This document shows, piece by piece, positions 13,031 through 24,640 of a stretch of 64,000 nucleotides of DNA. Under the pieces are notes generated by a model. The model was not told where the DNA came from and made no database searches. It saw nothing but the letters and a program-made list of their open reading frames with translations. Position 1 is the first letter of the stretch, and each line of letters opens with the position of its first letter. The position numbers and the translations under genes were made by a program. This stretch comes from Octopus sinensis (Eukaryota). The stretch spans positions 34,782,001-34,846,000 of the forward strand of contig NC_043004.1 in NCBI RefSeq assembly GCF_006345805.1. Reading direction: 5' to 3'.

Positions 13031-13460
13031 GTTCCAGTTTCGTGATGTTCTTCATTCCTATTCACAAAATAATGTTACTATTTCATGAATACACGCAAGA
13101 ACAAATATAAGACAAACATAAAATGCAATCTTTGTAAAATAACATTAAGATTTATTAAAAATAGGTTATACAGAAAAGTTCAGACAGTGCAATAAATTTC
13201 ATACATAAAATTTATTGCACTCTTTCAACTTTTTGTATTTCTATTTGCCAACATAGAACTTCACGAGATTCCTCATATTTTCATATTCTACTGTTTTACT
13301 CTAAAAATTGGCTGCTTCACTGGGGGGGGGGGGGAAGCCAGTTACATTGACGGTAGAAATTAGTAATTAAACACAAATAATTTGTTTTTATTCTTTATTC
13401 CCTAAACATCTATATCAAAAAAGTTTATTTTTGTATGTAAACATACATACACACACACAC
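13031..13460. repeat. Copy 1 of a ~400-bp dispersed direct duplication containing a foldback
   Basis: Matches ~17970-18385, about 4.95 kb downstream; hairpin core at 13186-13221. Confidence 0.9.
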
Positions 13461-13787
13461 ACACATTCACAGACACATATGTATGTGTATACATATCTAC
13501 ACACATATATTTGTCATAATGATTACTATGATGAATATTATTTCCATGTCAGGTTTCCCAGGCTTTAAGAGTCAGCCAAGACTTTGCTGAGGTAGTATTC
13601 CATGGCTGCATGCTCTGCCTGTCACCAACACTTACTTTTAACCACATAAGGTAGTTATTCTCTTGACTTCTTTGTAAGATAAAGTAAGCAATCGATAAAT
13701 GAGAACATTGACACTGTCTGGCAGATGTTTTATGCTTTAACATGCATGAACTGCATAAATAATGGTTAAAGCATGACTGAAAGTTCC

Positions 13788-13859
<72 letters not shown>

Positions 13860-14539
13860 CGCACACACACGCACGCGCACACACACACATACACACACAC
13901 ACACACATACACACACACACACACACATCTACATATGTAGCTATACAGTGCAAGCTCATGTACAAACATACTTACATATGCACATAGAATGCTAGCTCAT
14001 GAACATACACACTTATGTACTAAAATGTGTAAACAATGCCAGAACAGAAACACACACACACACACACACATACATGTATCTGTATGAGGTAAGCTCACCA
14101 GCTCACCTATACTTGTGTACACATATATCTATACAATGCAAACTCACAAACACACATATTCTTACAGACACACGTATTTGCACAATGGGCTTCTGTATAG
14201 TTTCCATTTCCCAATTCGTCCAAAAAACTTATTAGTCCACTTGATGCTAAATTTAAAGACATCTGCCCACAGTGCCACACAATTGGAATAAACTCATTGC
14301 CACCATCATCGTATTTACATCTACTTTTCTATGCTTGCATGGATCAGACAAGGGTATGGTGGGGAAGAACTTTCTTGACCAGATGCCCTTTCTGTCATCA
14401 ATCCTCACTTGTTTAAAAGTGAAGTAATGATCTCCCAGTCAAGGAAACATCAAACAGCCCAGATACTACATGTTGTTGGTGATGCTGTTGTTGTTGCTGT
14501 TACTGCTGCCAATGCTTTTGCTGTTACCAGACATCACTT

Positions 14540-15165
14540 TGGCATCAGGGGTCATGTTCATCTAAGTAACCATTGTCACATGTCAGTCTCAGGAGGAGGC
14601 TCAGTTCTTCTGTTTCAACACCAAAAAACTCCACGTCACTCTCACTGATCACCTCCTTACATTTCTCCACAGAAACATTAACATCAATGGATGGTTATAA
14701 GGACACTGCATCCATACAGCCTATTATGCATCCTGTCAGGTTGTAGGCAGGGTCGCAGTTGTTGATTCTGCTGATGAGGTCCTTTATACTGTCACACACA
14801 TCTGGGGACATCTTGATCAGAGGGTGTATGATCAGAGAGAAAATGTAGGAGAGCTAGTATTTGTTGGCAGCATTGGATCCACAGACAGGTCTCATTGGTG
14901 ATCCTGTTACTGGGTCAGTGGTTGCTTTATGGTTCTTGCGGAGCCCGTACACTGTTGGGATGTTGTTACGAGTGACCTGGAAGTTGCTGGCCATGTGCTT
15001 TTTTGCCTCTAAGATGTTTGTCCACATCATCATATGAGCATTGAGAATGTGCTTTTTTGCCTCTAAGATGTTTGTCCACATCATCATATGAGCATTGAGA
15101 ATCTTCTCTTTCTCCTCATACTCCCGTACCATTGTTTCCCTCATATTTTTAATGGTGAAACTCAA
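14540..15165 (-). mobile_element. Penelope-like element reverse transcriptase fragment (pseudogenised)
   Basis: Minus frame: NIPTVYGLRKNHK..GSPMRPVCGS..KY*LSYIFSLIIHPL..IIGCMDAVSL*PSIDV; matches the Penelope RT pattern P..YGL.K.HK...P.RP.V and D..SLYPSI; two in-frame stops. Confidence 0.8.
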
Positions 15166-15321
15166 AGCAAATGAAGCTACACTATAAATATCAGCACATA
15201 CAATGTTGGCTTAAAAAAAAAAAACCCATTGCACAGAAAGAGATGAAGGTTGCTTGACTTCTTCCAGCCAAGGTGTTGTAAAGCCTAATAACATTTACAC
15301 TTTATTATTTATAACTTCATC

Positions 15322-15541
15322 TAAGGTAGCAAGCTAGCAGTATTGTTAGCACACTGTACAAAATGCTTAGCAGCATTTCATCATTCCGAGTTCAAATTCC
15401 GCCGAGGTCGACTTTGCCTTTCATCCTTTCGGAGTTGATAAATAAAGTACCAGTTTCACACTGGGGTCGATGTAATCGACTTAATCACTTTGTCCTTGCT
15501 TGTCCCCTCTATGTTTAGCCCCTTGTGGGCTGGAAAGAAAT
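15322..15541 (+). mobile_element. tRNA-derived SINE family C
   Basis: gagttcaaattccgccgaggtcgactttgcctttcatcctttcgg..ctggggtcgatgtaatcgactt..tttagccccttgtggg. Confidence 0.8.
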
Positions 15542-15544
15542 ATA

Positions 15545-15599
<55 letters not shown>

Positions 15600-15800
15600 G
15601 AAATTTATAGAAAAACAAAAGAGACAAGGACAGGTGTATGAACAACAAGCAAGTGTTATAGTTTAACACTCGGGAAAATGAAAAGGTCTTTTACGTTTTG
15701 AGCCTACGCTCTTCAAAGGAAAGGAATAAGAGAAAATAAACAGAGAGAGAATGAAAAAAACTTGTAGATTTCAGCAGTCTGGAAAAATAAAGAAAAAATA
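15600..15800 (-). mobile_element. Family F-related Penelope-like terminal repeat fragment
   Basis: Shares gtcttttacgttt.gagcctacgctcttc and its flanks with 7500-7670 and 50950-51110. Confidence 0.5.
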
Positions 15801-15872
15801 GTTCCCACTTATATATTACACATACACACACACAAGCATATATATATATATATATATATACATACATATATA

Positions 15873-15973
<101 letters not shown>

Positions 15974-16421
15974 TGTGTGTGTGTGTATAAGACAAATGCA
16001 AACAAGAAAAGAGTAAAAAACAACAGAGAACGCCAGACAAAAGTCATTGGATTATTATTGAAAGTGATAAAACTAAATATCAAATGCTAAACGTTCCAAA
16101 TTAGACCAATATTCTCCGGAGATTCTAAGTGAGGAAATCATTAAAGTTAAGCACAAAGACTGATAAGAGAAGCAAAGATAAAATTATTATTTCTGTTCCA
16201 AAAGAAATTGAGCAATTAAAAATTTCTATTTACTTCCAGCTTCAGTTCAAAGATGTTGCCCTTGAAGCTCCGAATGTTTTTGGTTTCAGTAAGTACATTC
16301 TTACTCAGCTTTGCTCTCATAGACTTATGATTAGTTCCACAGCAACATTCGTTGATATGTGTGAACATAATCTGCAAGCAATGTATTTGTATATATTCAA
16401 TATTGTACTCTGCTCTAAGAC

Positions 16422-16678
16422 CGTGCAAATGGAACAAACTGCCGGCATCAGTTGTTAGTTGTCCGAGCACTGCATCCTTCAAAACTTCCATGCTTCCTGA
16501 GATTCGCCAACACTACAACTGATTTTCTTCCTTCCATACACACGCAAGCATGTATCTGACTCGTACACTGTTCACTTTCCAGACATTTGTAGATTACTGC
16601 ATATGCTTTAAACCCACTTTTGACAAGTTATGGTGCACCTGAGCACTGTATACAATAATTTCATTATTATTATTATTA
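16422..16678 (+). mobile_element. 3' end of a CR1-like LINE with (TAT)n tail
   Basis: Translates WNKLPASVVSCPSTASFKTSMLPEIRQHYN*, the typical WN.LP..VV...S...FK C-terminus of CR1/L2-group ORF2, then a UTR and a tattattattatta tail. Confidence 0.7.
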
Positions 16679-16872
16679 AATATACCCTATGTGGATATGG
16701 TACAGCATGCAGAGACGGAGGGTGGGAGCAATCAAAACCTCCTGTTTACTTGGTCCCACTTTTCTGGTCAATGAATTTTATAGATTAACATATGTACTAT
16801 TGGTGCCTTTGTGAAGAATTGGTTAGAGTCAAGGCAAATGATGGCCCATAACAGCTTCAATTGTCCATGGTG

Positions 16873-17365
16873 ATCATCATCATCATCATCGTTTAACGTC
16901 CATTTTCCATGCTAGCATGGGTTGGACGGTTCGACCAGGGTCTGGGAAGCCAGAAGGCTGCACCAGGCTCCAGTCTGATCTGGCAGTGTTTCTACAGCTG
17001 GATGCCCTTCCTAACGCCAACCACTCCATGAGTGTAGTGGGTGCTTTTTACATGCCACCAGCACAGGTGAAAGGCGAGGCTGGCAACAGCTACGATTGGT
17101 TGGTGTTTTTTATGTGCCACCGGCATGGAAGCCAGTCAAGGCGGCGCTGGCATCGGCCACGTTCGGATGGTGCTCTTTACGTGCCACCGGCACAGGGATC
17201 ACAATTACAGTTTCCATTGATTTTTGATGTTGATGTACTTGACTCAATAGGTATCCTCAAGCACAGAGTCAAAACGGTGTTTCTTTACTTGCCACCTGCA
17301 CAGGAGTCAGTCCAATGGCACTGGCAATGGCCGGGTGCCAGTCATAGGTTTTGGTTCAGTTTCGA
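16873..17365 (-). mobile_element. RTE-clade LINE 3' region (family B), antisense copy
   Basis: Starts with (CAT)n gtttaacgtccattttccatgctagcatggg; highly similar to 52495-53075. Confidence 0.85.
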
Positions 17366-17666
17366 TTTCGACATATATATATTGTGGATATGGAAGAAAA
17401 GAAAGAAGCATGGAAATGAGAGGTTGCTGAATGAGGAAAAGGCATGGAAAAAAGACTGCCAACATCATGAGTTGACAGAAGTGTGGTAAGATAAAGAGAT
17501 TTGAGATATGAAGGTAAGGAACGTCGCTGATCTACCAGAATTTATTATTAAAATACTTAAAATATCTGGTGATGTAAAATACATGCTAATTACCCACATA
17601 GTTAATCAACTAATACAGGATACTGTTATACAAGAATGATGGTTATTTACATTATTTACAGTTGAT

Positions 17667-17905
17667 GGGTATATGGTGTAGTGGTTAAGAGCGTGGGCTA
17701 CTAACCCCAAGATTCTGAGTTCGATTTCAGGCAATGACCTGAACAATAATGATGATGATGATGATGTTGATGATGATGACGACGACGACGACGACAACGA
17801 CAACAAAAAATACCTTAGGAATGAGAACCCAGGTTTGAAATTTCCCCAAGACACCTAATGAAGGCTGTGGGGTATATCAGCCAAAACGTTGTGTTAACAA
17901 GATGA
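17667..17905 (+). mobile_element. tRNA-derived SINE family E with internal (GAT/GAC)n and hammerhead-like 3' motif
   Basis: A-box tggtgtagtgg (17674-17684), B-box gagttcgattt (17717-17727); 3' motif acac-ctaatga-a-ggctg..cagcc-aaaac-gtt-gtgt at 17851-17894. Confidence 0.7.
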
Positions 17906-17969
17906 GAACAACTATATGCCAAATGTAAATAATGTACATAATTCTTCATCTCTTAAATATAGAACTGGA

Positions 17970-18385
17970 AGAATGGTGGTATTCTTCATTTCTATTCACA
18001 AAATAATGTTCTTATTTCATGAATACACACAAGAACAATATAAAATAAATAAGACAAACGTAAAATGCAACCTTTGTAATATAACATCATTCAACATTAA
18101 GATTTATTAAAAATAGGTTATACAGAAAAGTTCAGACAGTGCAATAAATTTCATACATAAAATTTATTGCACTCTTTCAACTTTTTGTATTTCTATTTAC
18201 CAACATAGAACTTCACGAGATTCTTCATATCTTCATATTCTACTGTTTTACTCTAAAAAATATAAAACTAGTTACATTGATGGTAGAAACTAGTAATTAA
18301 ACACAAGTTAAATAATTTGTTTATATTCTTTATTCCCTAAACATCTATTTGAAAAATAAAAATTATCTGTTTATTTCTGTATGTA
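17970..18385. repeat. Copy 2 of the ~400-bp dispersed duplication
   Basis: Matches 13031-13460; hairpin core at 18138-18173. Confidence 0.9.
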
Positions 18386-18824
18386 TGTTTGTGCATGGTT
18401 ATGTATGTATATGTGTGCATGTTTGTGTGTGTGTGTGTGTATGCATATATGTATAGTATTTATTTGAATGCACACACACACACACACAGATAGATAGATA
18501 GATACATACATACACATGTATATATATACAGTGTGGGTTTTTGTGTTTGTGAATGTGAGTGCTTTATATTTGTATGTAGGTATTTTATTGAAACAGAAAG
18601 TTTATCTCATGAACTGTAATTTCAAGCAATGTGTGTGTGTGTATGCATATATGTATGTATCTATGTATGCATGTATGTATGATCATGTTATCATCATGAC
18701 CATCATTTTCATGGCAGCATTTCCCATGGCTCAAGAATCAAACATAATGATGTTGCAATATTATTCTATGGCCAGATGCTCTTCCTGCTGCCAACACTTA
18801 CCCGTTTGCAATGGCTGGTACAGT

Positions 18825-19880
18825 AATACCATTGTCAACTGCTACAAGGGCAAAGAAGATGAATTAGAGAGGATCAGTTACAGAGGCATTAAGTTATTTG
18901 GCTTGTTTATGAATGTTATGGACATAATTACAACAACGTTAGGTAGAAACAAAATTTGTTTGGATGAGATGTAGCTTTATGTATATAAGAAGGTAGTGAA
19001 ACAACTGTGGGAACCCCTACATTAAGCAGATGTTAATTCAGAGAAGACTTTTGACAAGGCCCGTCATTCTGTAATCTAGTGATCACTTAACCCTTTCGTT
19101 ACTGTATTTATTTTGAAATGTTCTGTATTTCTTTCAGTTACTTTACATATAACAAAGAGTTTAGTAAAATAACTTAGTTATCATTCAGCTAGTGTTAGGA
19201 ACATAAATTGTGACTAAGGTTTGGTAGAAGATTTTAATTCAAAACTTATGAAAACAAGATATTTGTACTCAGAGCTAGAGCCGGTTTCAGCTGGGTTGGA
19301 AACGAAAGGGTTAAGAAACTTGATCTAGCTGAATGGTTTCATACAAACAATATATAAAAATGCAGTGAGTAATGTGAAAGACACAAAGTGCTCGGACACA
19401 AATTTGATATGAAAATAAGACCCCATCAAAGCGAATTCATAGTATGCTCATTCTTTATAGTGTCACCTATCACTACAAAGAAGATTGGTTGTTCATGGGA
19501 ACTCCTATGTTCTGATCAAGTTGTGCTCATTGCTGAATCTATAGTAGAGTTAGAGAATAATTTTAGACATGGCAACAAAAACCAGAACTGATAATCTTAG
19601 CAAAGATGCTAGTGTTCAAACTGAGATGCTGCATAGTAGTGAACCTTTGGCCTTTAGTGCAGAGGACTTGTGATGGCTTGAAAGCAATGAAGGATGCCTA
19701 ATCAAGTGGATGTATGCATGAATGTTGAAATTCAATTGAGATGAGAGTAAAGATGAGCGTAAGAAGAATGAGATGGAGTATGCACGAGAGAGGACTATAC
19801 TTGTAAAGACATGAGACGAATATAGATGAAAACAGTTGAAAAAGGAGATGCTGAGCACTTAAAAATGAATGGGAAAAGTG
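18825..19880 (+). mobile_element. RTE-clade LINE RT relic interrupted by a MITE
   Basis: IVNCYKGKEDELERISYRGIKLF..MNVMD..KICLDEM and GCSWELLCSDQVVLIAESIVELE correspond to the RTE motifs IVP.YKGKGD.L...NYRGIKL and GCPWELLYADDLVLIAES. Confidence 0.8.
19091..19310. mobile_element. 220-bp piggyBac-type MITE with TTAA target-site duplication
   Basis: TTAA(19087-19090)-ccctttcgtt...aacgaaaggg-TTAA(19311-19314); perfect 10-bp TIR beginning CCC. Confidence 0.85.
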
Positions 19881-21103
19881 GGGGGAAAGGGCAATGAGGA
19901 CATGGGGTGAAGTAGTGAAGTGTGATTTGAAAATGTTGCATTATATGGTGGGAATGAAAGAAAAGAAATAAGCTTATTGGTCATTTTCCATTTTGGAAGA
20001 AATTTGGTTAACTACATAATATGGCAAAAATAGGATCATGATAACCAATCCAACTCAATATGAAAAACAGACATAAATAAATGATAAAAATGATGATTCA
20101 TTCTGTGTTAAAAGCATTGTTTAAGCTGATTAAATATTACTGAGTGTCTTTACAGAAATTGACAAAGATATGCAGCACAAAAGCTGATAAGTATACTTAT
20201 GTATTCAATGGCCCTTGCAGGGTCAGCCATGGGGCATATTTCCTACACAGTTAAAAGAAGTTTCAAGACAAATGAAGAAGGAATCAGTGAAAATGTATTC
20301 GCATTAGTTTTAATGTGGAATGAACTGAGTTCACATAAAGATTTCACACAAGATTATGTCTTAAAGAAGTCTACAAGAATAACAATAAGAAGAAATAATT
20401 GACAACACACTACTGTGTTGTTCTACTATAATGTTCAGTAAATAAGGATTACCAATATCCTTTCCTGCCCCATTAACAATATTTTCCAAGTTAAGAGAGA
20501 AAGTGCTAAGTGGTGAGGAGATAAAATGCATACCATAACAATGATTGAACGATGGTGAAAGTGCTATTAAGAGTAGAATGTTTGCTTATGAGTTAGGAAG
20601 TAGAAATATACAGATGTTATGCTACATTGAGAATTTTAGGATTGGAGTGAAGTTCCTCACTTCAAACAACAATATTGCTTAGATTCTCAACTGAATTAAA
20701 TTAATTTCTCTTATGTCATTAAGGCTGTTGGGATAGGAATAATTGCTATCACATCCTAACTTCCCTTTTCTGATATTATATTAAAGAGGGAAAGAATTAA
20801 TATAATTTAACTTTTAAAGTCTTATATCACACCTGTCTTCAACTCCTTAACCATACAACACCACAGTTCAAAGGATGTTGATGTTGTTGTTCATGGGTAA
20901 AAAACTGAAATCTTCAGTGTTAGAAACAAAGTTTAGCTTAATTTTAGAAGGAAAATATTGTCAAAAAGATTTCCTGTTTATGCTGCGTGCATTTAATTTT
21001 TTGCATTTTATCAAATAAATTTTGAAAGAATTTTCTTCCATTTCAGCCATAAACGTGGATAATAACTCGTTCAATGAATTAAAATTTAGTAATTTTTTTA
21101 ATG

Positions 21104-21144
<41 letters not shown>

Positions 21145-21150
21145 AATTTC

Positions 21151-21618
21151 ATGGTTTGCAGGATGGCCTGCTGTGCTAACCTTGGATCATAGAGTGACCC
21201 GCTGTTCTTGAGGAGACCTATTGAGTCAAGTACATCAACTTGACTCAATAGGTCAGCACCAACATCAAAATAAAAATCAAATGTATACCCGTGCTGGTGG
21301 CACGTAAAAAGCACCATCCGAATGTGGCTGATGCCAGCACTGCCTGACTGGCGTCCGTGTTGGTGACATGTAAAAAGCACCAACCAATCATGGCCGTTTG
21401 CCAGCCCGCTCAGGCCCCTGTGCCGGTGGCACATAAAAAGCACCCACTACATGCACGGAGTTGTTGGCATTGGCATTAGGAAGGGCATCTAGCTGTAGAA
21501 ACACTGCCAGATCAGACTGGAGCCTGGCGCAGCCACCTGTCTTCCCAGACTCCGGTCAAACCATCCAACTCATGCTAGCATGGAAAATGGACGTTAAACA
21601 ATGATGATGATGATGATA
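21151..21618 (+). mobile_element. RTE-clade LINE 3' region (family B), sense copy
   Basis: Reverse complement of 16873-17365-type sequence; ends gctagcatggaaaatggacgttaaacaatgatgatgatg. Confidence 0.85.
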
Positions 21619-22394
21619 TATACATTTTTTTTTTGTGCCATGTCCAGAATGTGGGACATAGGTGGTCATGTCCTGCCACAGCTTTCTGTTCTTTGTTTTC
21701 TGTAACAATTCCACTTCCTGATGTGTAATATTTTTCTTCTTCCAAGCAATACATCAAGCTTGACATCCATATCTTTATATATCATTACTCATCTATTAAT
21801 GATTTAATTCAAAAATTGGTGCCAATATCATATGAAAACATTAATACATAATTAACTTGTCTTTATTCAACCTACTTTGGTAAGTGATGAGACATGACAA
21901 CAGATAAAAACCAACAACACGTAAAATCTACATTCATAGTGTACAGCAATGACTGTGATTTTGCATCAGCAAATTTTATCCAAATCTATGCAAACATATT
22001 TTCACAATTTTATACTGGACTAAATACACTTAATGAAAATCATTCATTTCTAACATGGTTGGGAGATTTATAAAGAGAAAACACTGCAGAACTTTAAGAG
22101 TTAAATCATTAAGTCAAATTTCTAATTAATTAACAGTACACCTGCAATGAAGAGAACAACTATGAGTTTCATGAATAAATTGTTGTCAAGAAAGGTAAGG
22201 GAGACAACTTTGAAATCCAAAACTAAGAAGATATTAATGAGTCTTGATTAGCCAAGCTGATGAAATTACAATCAGTAATGTGTTAAATAATGTTGACATA
22301 TGTCTTATCTCTCGACTATTTGTCAAAACATCTCTCTGTCCAATAAATCTCTCTGGCCATTATATTTCACACTGCTTTTGCTTCAATTAAATTT

Positions 22395-22690
22395 GAATAT
22401 GATGAAGAATTTAGTAAAATGGCTTTGTCAATATTAATTTGGGTTTTTGGAACATAAATTAGGATTTAATTTACATTGCTTTAATTTTTTAGCATTTAAA
22501 TGAGCCATGATTTTTTTGACATTACAAGATTCAGCCTCTCACACCTACCCTGCAATGCCATTCTAAAAGTAAGCAATCACATCTTCAAAATCTTGAGGCT
22601 ATGGGATAATGCAAGTTTATTCACAGTGGTGCACGATAAGTATGTCTTACATTTCACTGAGTAATCTGAATATTGAAGGGTTCAAATCAG
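22395..22690. mobile_element. Decayed MITE relics related to the TTAA-type element
   Basis: gaatttagtaaaatggctttgtc..ttggaacataaatt resembles the interior of 19091-19310 (also seen at ~62290-62375); ends gaagggttcaa, a degenerate aagggttaa. Confidence 0.4.
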
Positions 22691-23054
22691 AACTTTGCAT
22701 AATTGACCCAGGGACTGTCTTGCATGGACTAGCTTCAAGAGTAATTAAGTAATTACTGCGCTTTAAAACTAATGATTATTTCAGTTGCTTTTATTGTTGA
22801 GTTCCCTGCAGATTGTTTGCTAAACTCTAAGAAAGAAGAGAATTCTTTCCCTTAATACAACAGTAACCATTTCAGTGGACATCAAAGATGTGTGTGTGTG
22901 TGTGTGTGTGTGTGCTGTTGCATTAGTTATATTTTGTTACCTGAATCAAGTTGATGGAAGAGGTTTAACAGGTTATATTTTACAATTGAAGCTGTCTGAG
23001 CAAATTCAGCCAACAAACAGTAACTCGTAAAAATCATAGAAGTCCCCCAATTGC

Positions 23055-23402
23055 CAATGAGAAAGAAAGAAAGAAAGATTGAGAGAATGAGAGAGAGAGA
23101 AAGAGAGAGGAAGAAAGACAGAGAGCAAAGAAAAGAAAGAAAAAGAAAAAGGGAGAAAAAGAAAGAGAGAGAGAAACACAGAAAGAGAGAGAGAGAGAAA
23201 GAAAGAAAGAAGGAAAGGAAGAGGGAGAGAAAGAAAGACACAGAGAGAGAAAGAAAGAAAAAAAGAAAAAAGAAAGAAAGTGGGAGGGAGGGAGAGAAAG
23301 AAAGAGAGAAAATAAAGAAAAAAGAGAGAAAGAGTGCAAGAGTAAGAAAGAAAGGGAGAAAAAAAGAAAGAAGGAAAGAAAGAAAGAAAGAAAGAAAGAA
23401 AG
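23055..23402. repeat. Purine-rich (GA/GAAA)n low-complexity tract
   Basis: Direct reading; explains the ERK-rich and FLS-rich pseudo-ORFs. Confidence 0.95.
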
Positions 23403-23690
23403 CAAATCTGATGATAAACCTTGCATGAAGAAAGTTTGCCTTCCTTTCTAAGTGTAATGAGAATGTGTTGAAAGGCGAGACTCAGTAAGAATTGCTGGTT
23501 CATTGCTGAACTCTCTCTTTACTTTCGATTTCTTTATCTGAAACTAACTCTCATCTCCTGTAAATGACAAGTAGATTATCTCTTCAATTAACACACTTCT
23601 TTCAAACTTTAAAATACCATTTGTTACACACACACACACACACACATGTTGCTGCTTACTCAAACATGCACCATTCCCTCCACTAATCTC

Positions 23691-23726
<36 letters not shown>

Positions 23727-24356
23727 TTAATCTGATTCCAGTAAAGTATCTAATTTACAAAAAAAAAAAAAAAACACAAAAAACCCCCAGATAGCTGATC
23801 ACAGATTGGCAGCAAATTTTCGGTAAATCAGTTTTAAACAGACTAGATAAACAACAATTATTTTTGCAATTAGTTAATCATAATATTTTCCTAATAGATC
23901 CTTTAATTATTTATTTAAAAGACAGAACTAATTAAAATGTGTTTTCTATGTATAAGCGGAGAGGAAAACCTCCAAACTCATTTACTGTATGTACCTTTCT
24001 TTGTATTTAATAAATCTTTACTTACAGATTATTTACTAAATACATTTCCTCACCTATTTTCCAAGCAACTCTCTCTCTCTCTCTCTCTCTCTCCCTCTCT
24101 TACATTTCCTCAAATATCAACCACATATAAGTGGATCAATGGAAATGCTTGTACAATTTTGCTTGATTTGCCAGTAACAACAGCCAGATTTGTCTCAAAT
24201 CCCATCCTTCTGTCTTTAAAAAAATGGTTAGAATGCATCAGATAGTATAGTTTTTGATGAAATGGTCATGGCTGGAAAACCTCTGCTGATAAGTTTGTTA
24301 GATAAGATTTGATCTAGGACAGTAGTGGCAGTAACAGTAACAGCAGCAACAACAGT

Positions 24357-24640
24357 GGAGGCGCAATGGCCCAGTGGTTAGGGCAGCGGACTCGCAGTTG
24401 GAGAATCGTGGTTTCGATTCCCAGACCAGGTGTTGTGTGTTTATTGAGTGAAAACGCCTAAAGCTCCATGAGGCTCCGGCGGGGGGGGGGGGGGGCGACC
24501 CCTGTTGTACTCTTTCGCTCCAACTTTCTCTCACTCTTTCTTCCTGTTTCTTGTCCCCGACTTCCTATGCAACCGTTGAGCCTGGATGTGCATTCATCCA
24601 TCCGTTGATGCTCTCGGTGTTGCAGGTTGACCTGCTTTCT
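24357..24640 (+). mobile_element. tRNA-derived SINE family D
   Basis: tggcccagtggttagggcagcggactcgcag (A-box) and ggtttcgattccc (B-box); caactttctctcactctttc shared with 55497-55790. Confidence 0.7.

Noticed and set aside
17667-17740. tRNA-like sequences here and at 24357 and 55497
   Set aside because: A/B boxes are present but there is no complete cloverleaf and they continue into repeat bodies; SINE heads, not tRNA genes
23006-23503. Lys/Glu/Arg-rich and Phe/Leu/Ser-rich ORFs
   Set aside because: Purine-rich low-complexity tract
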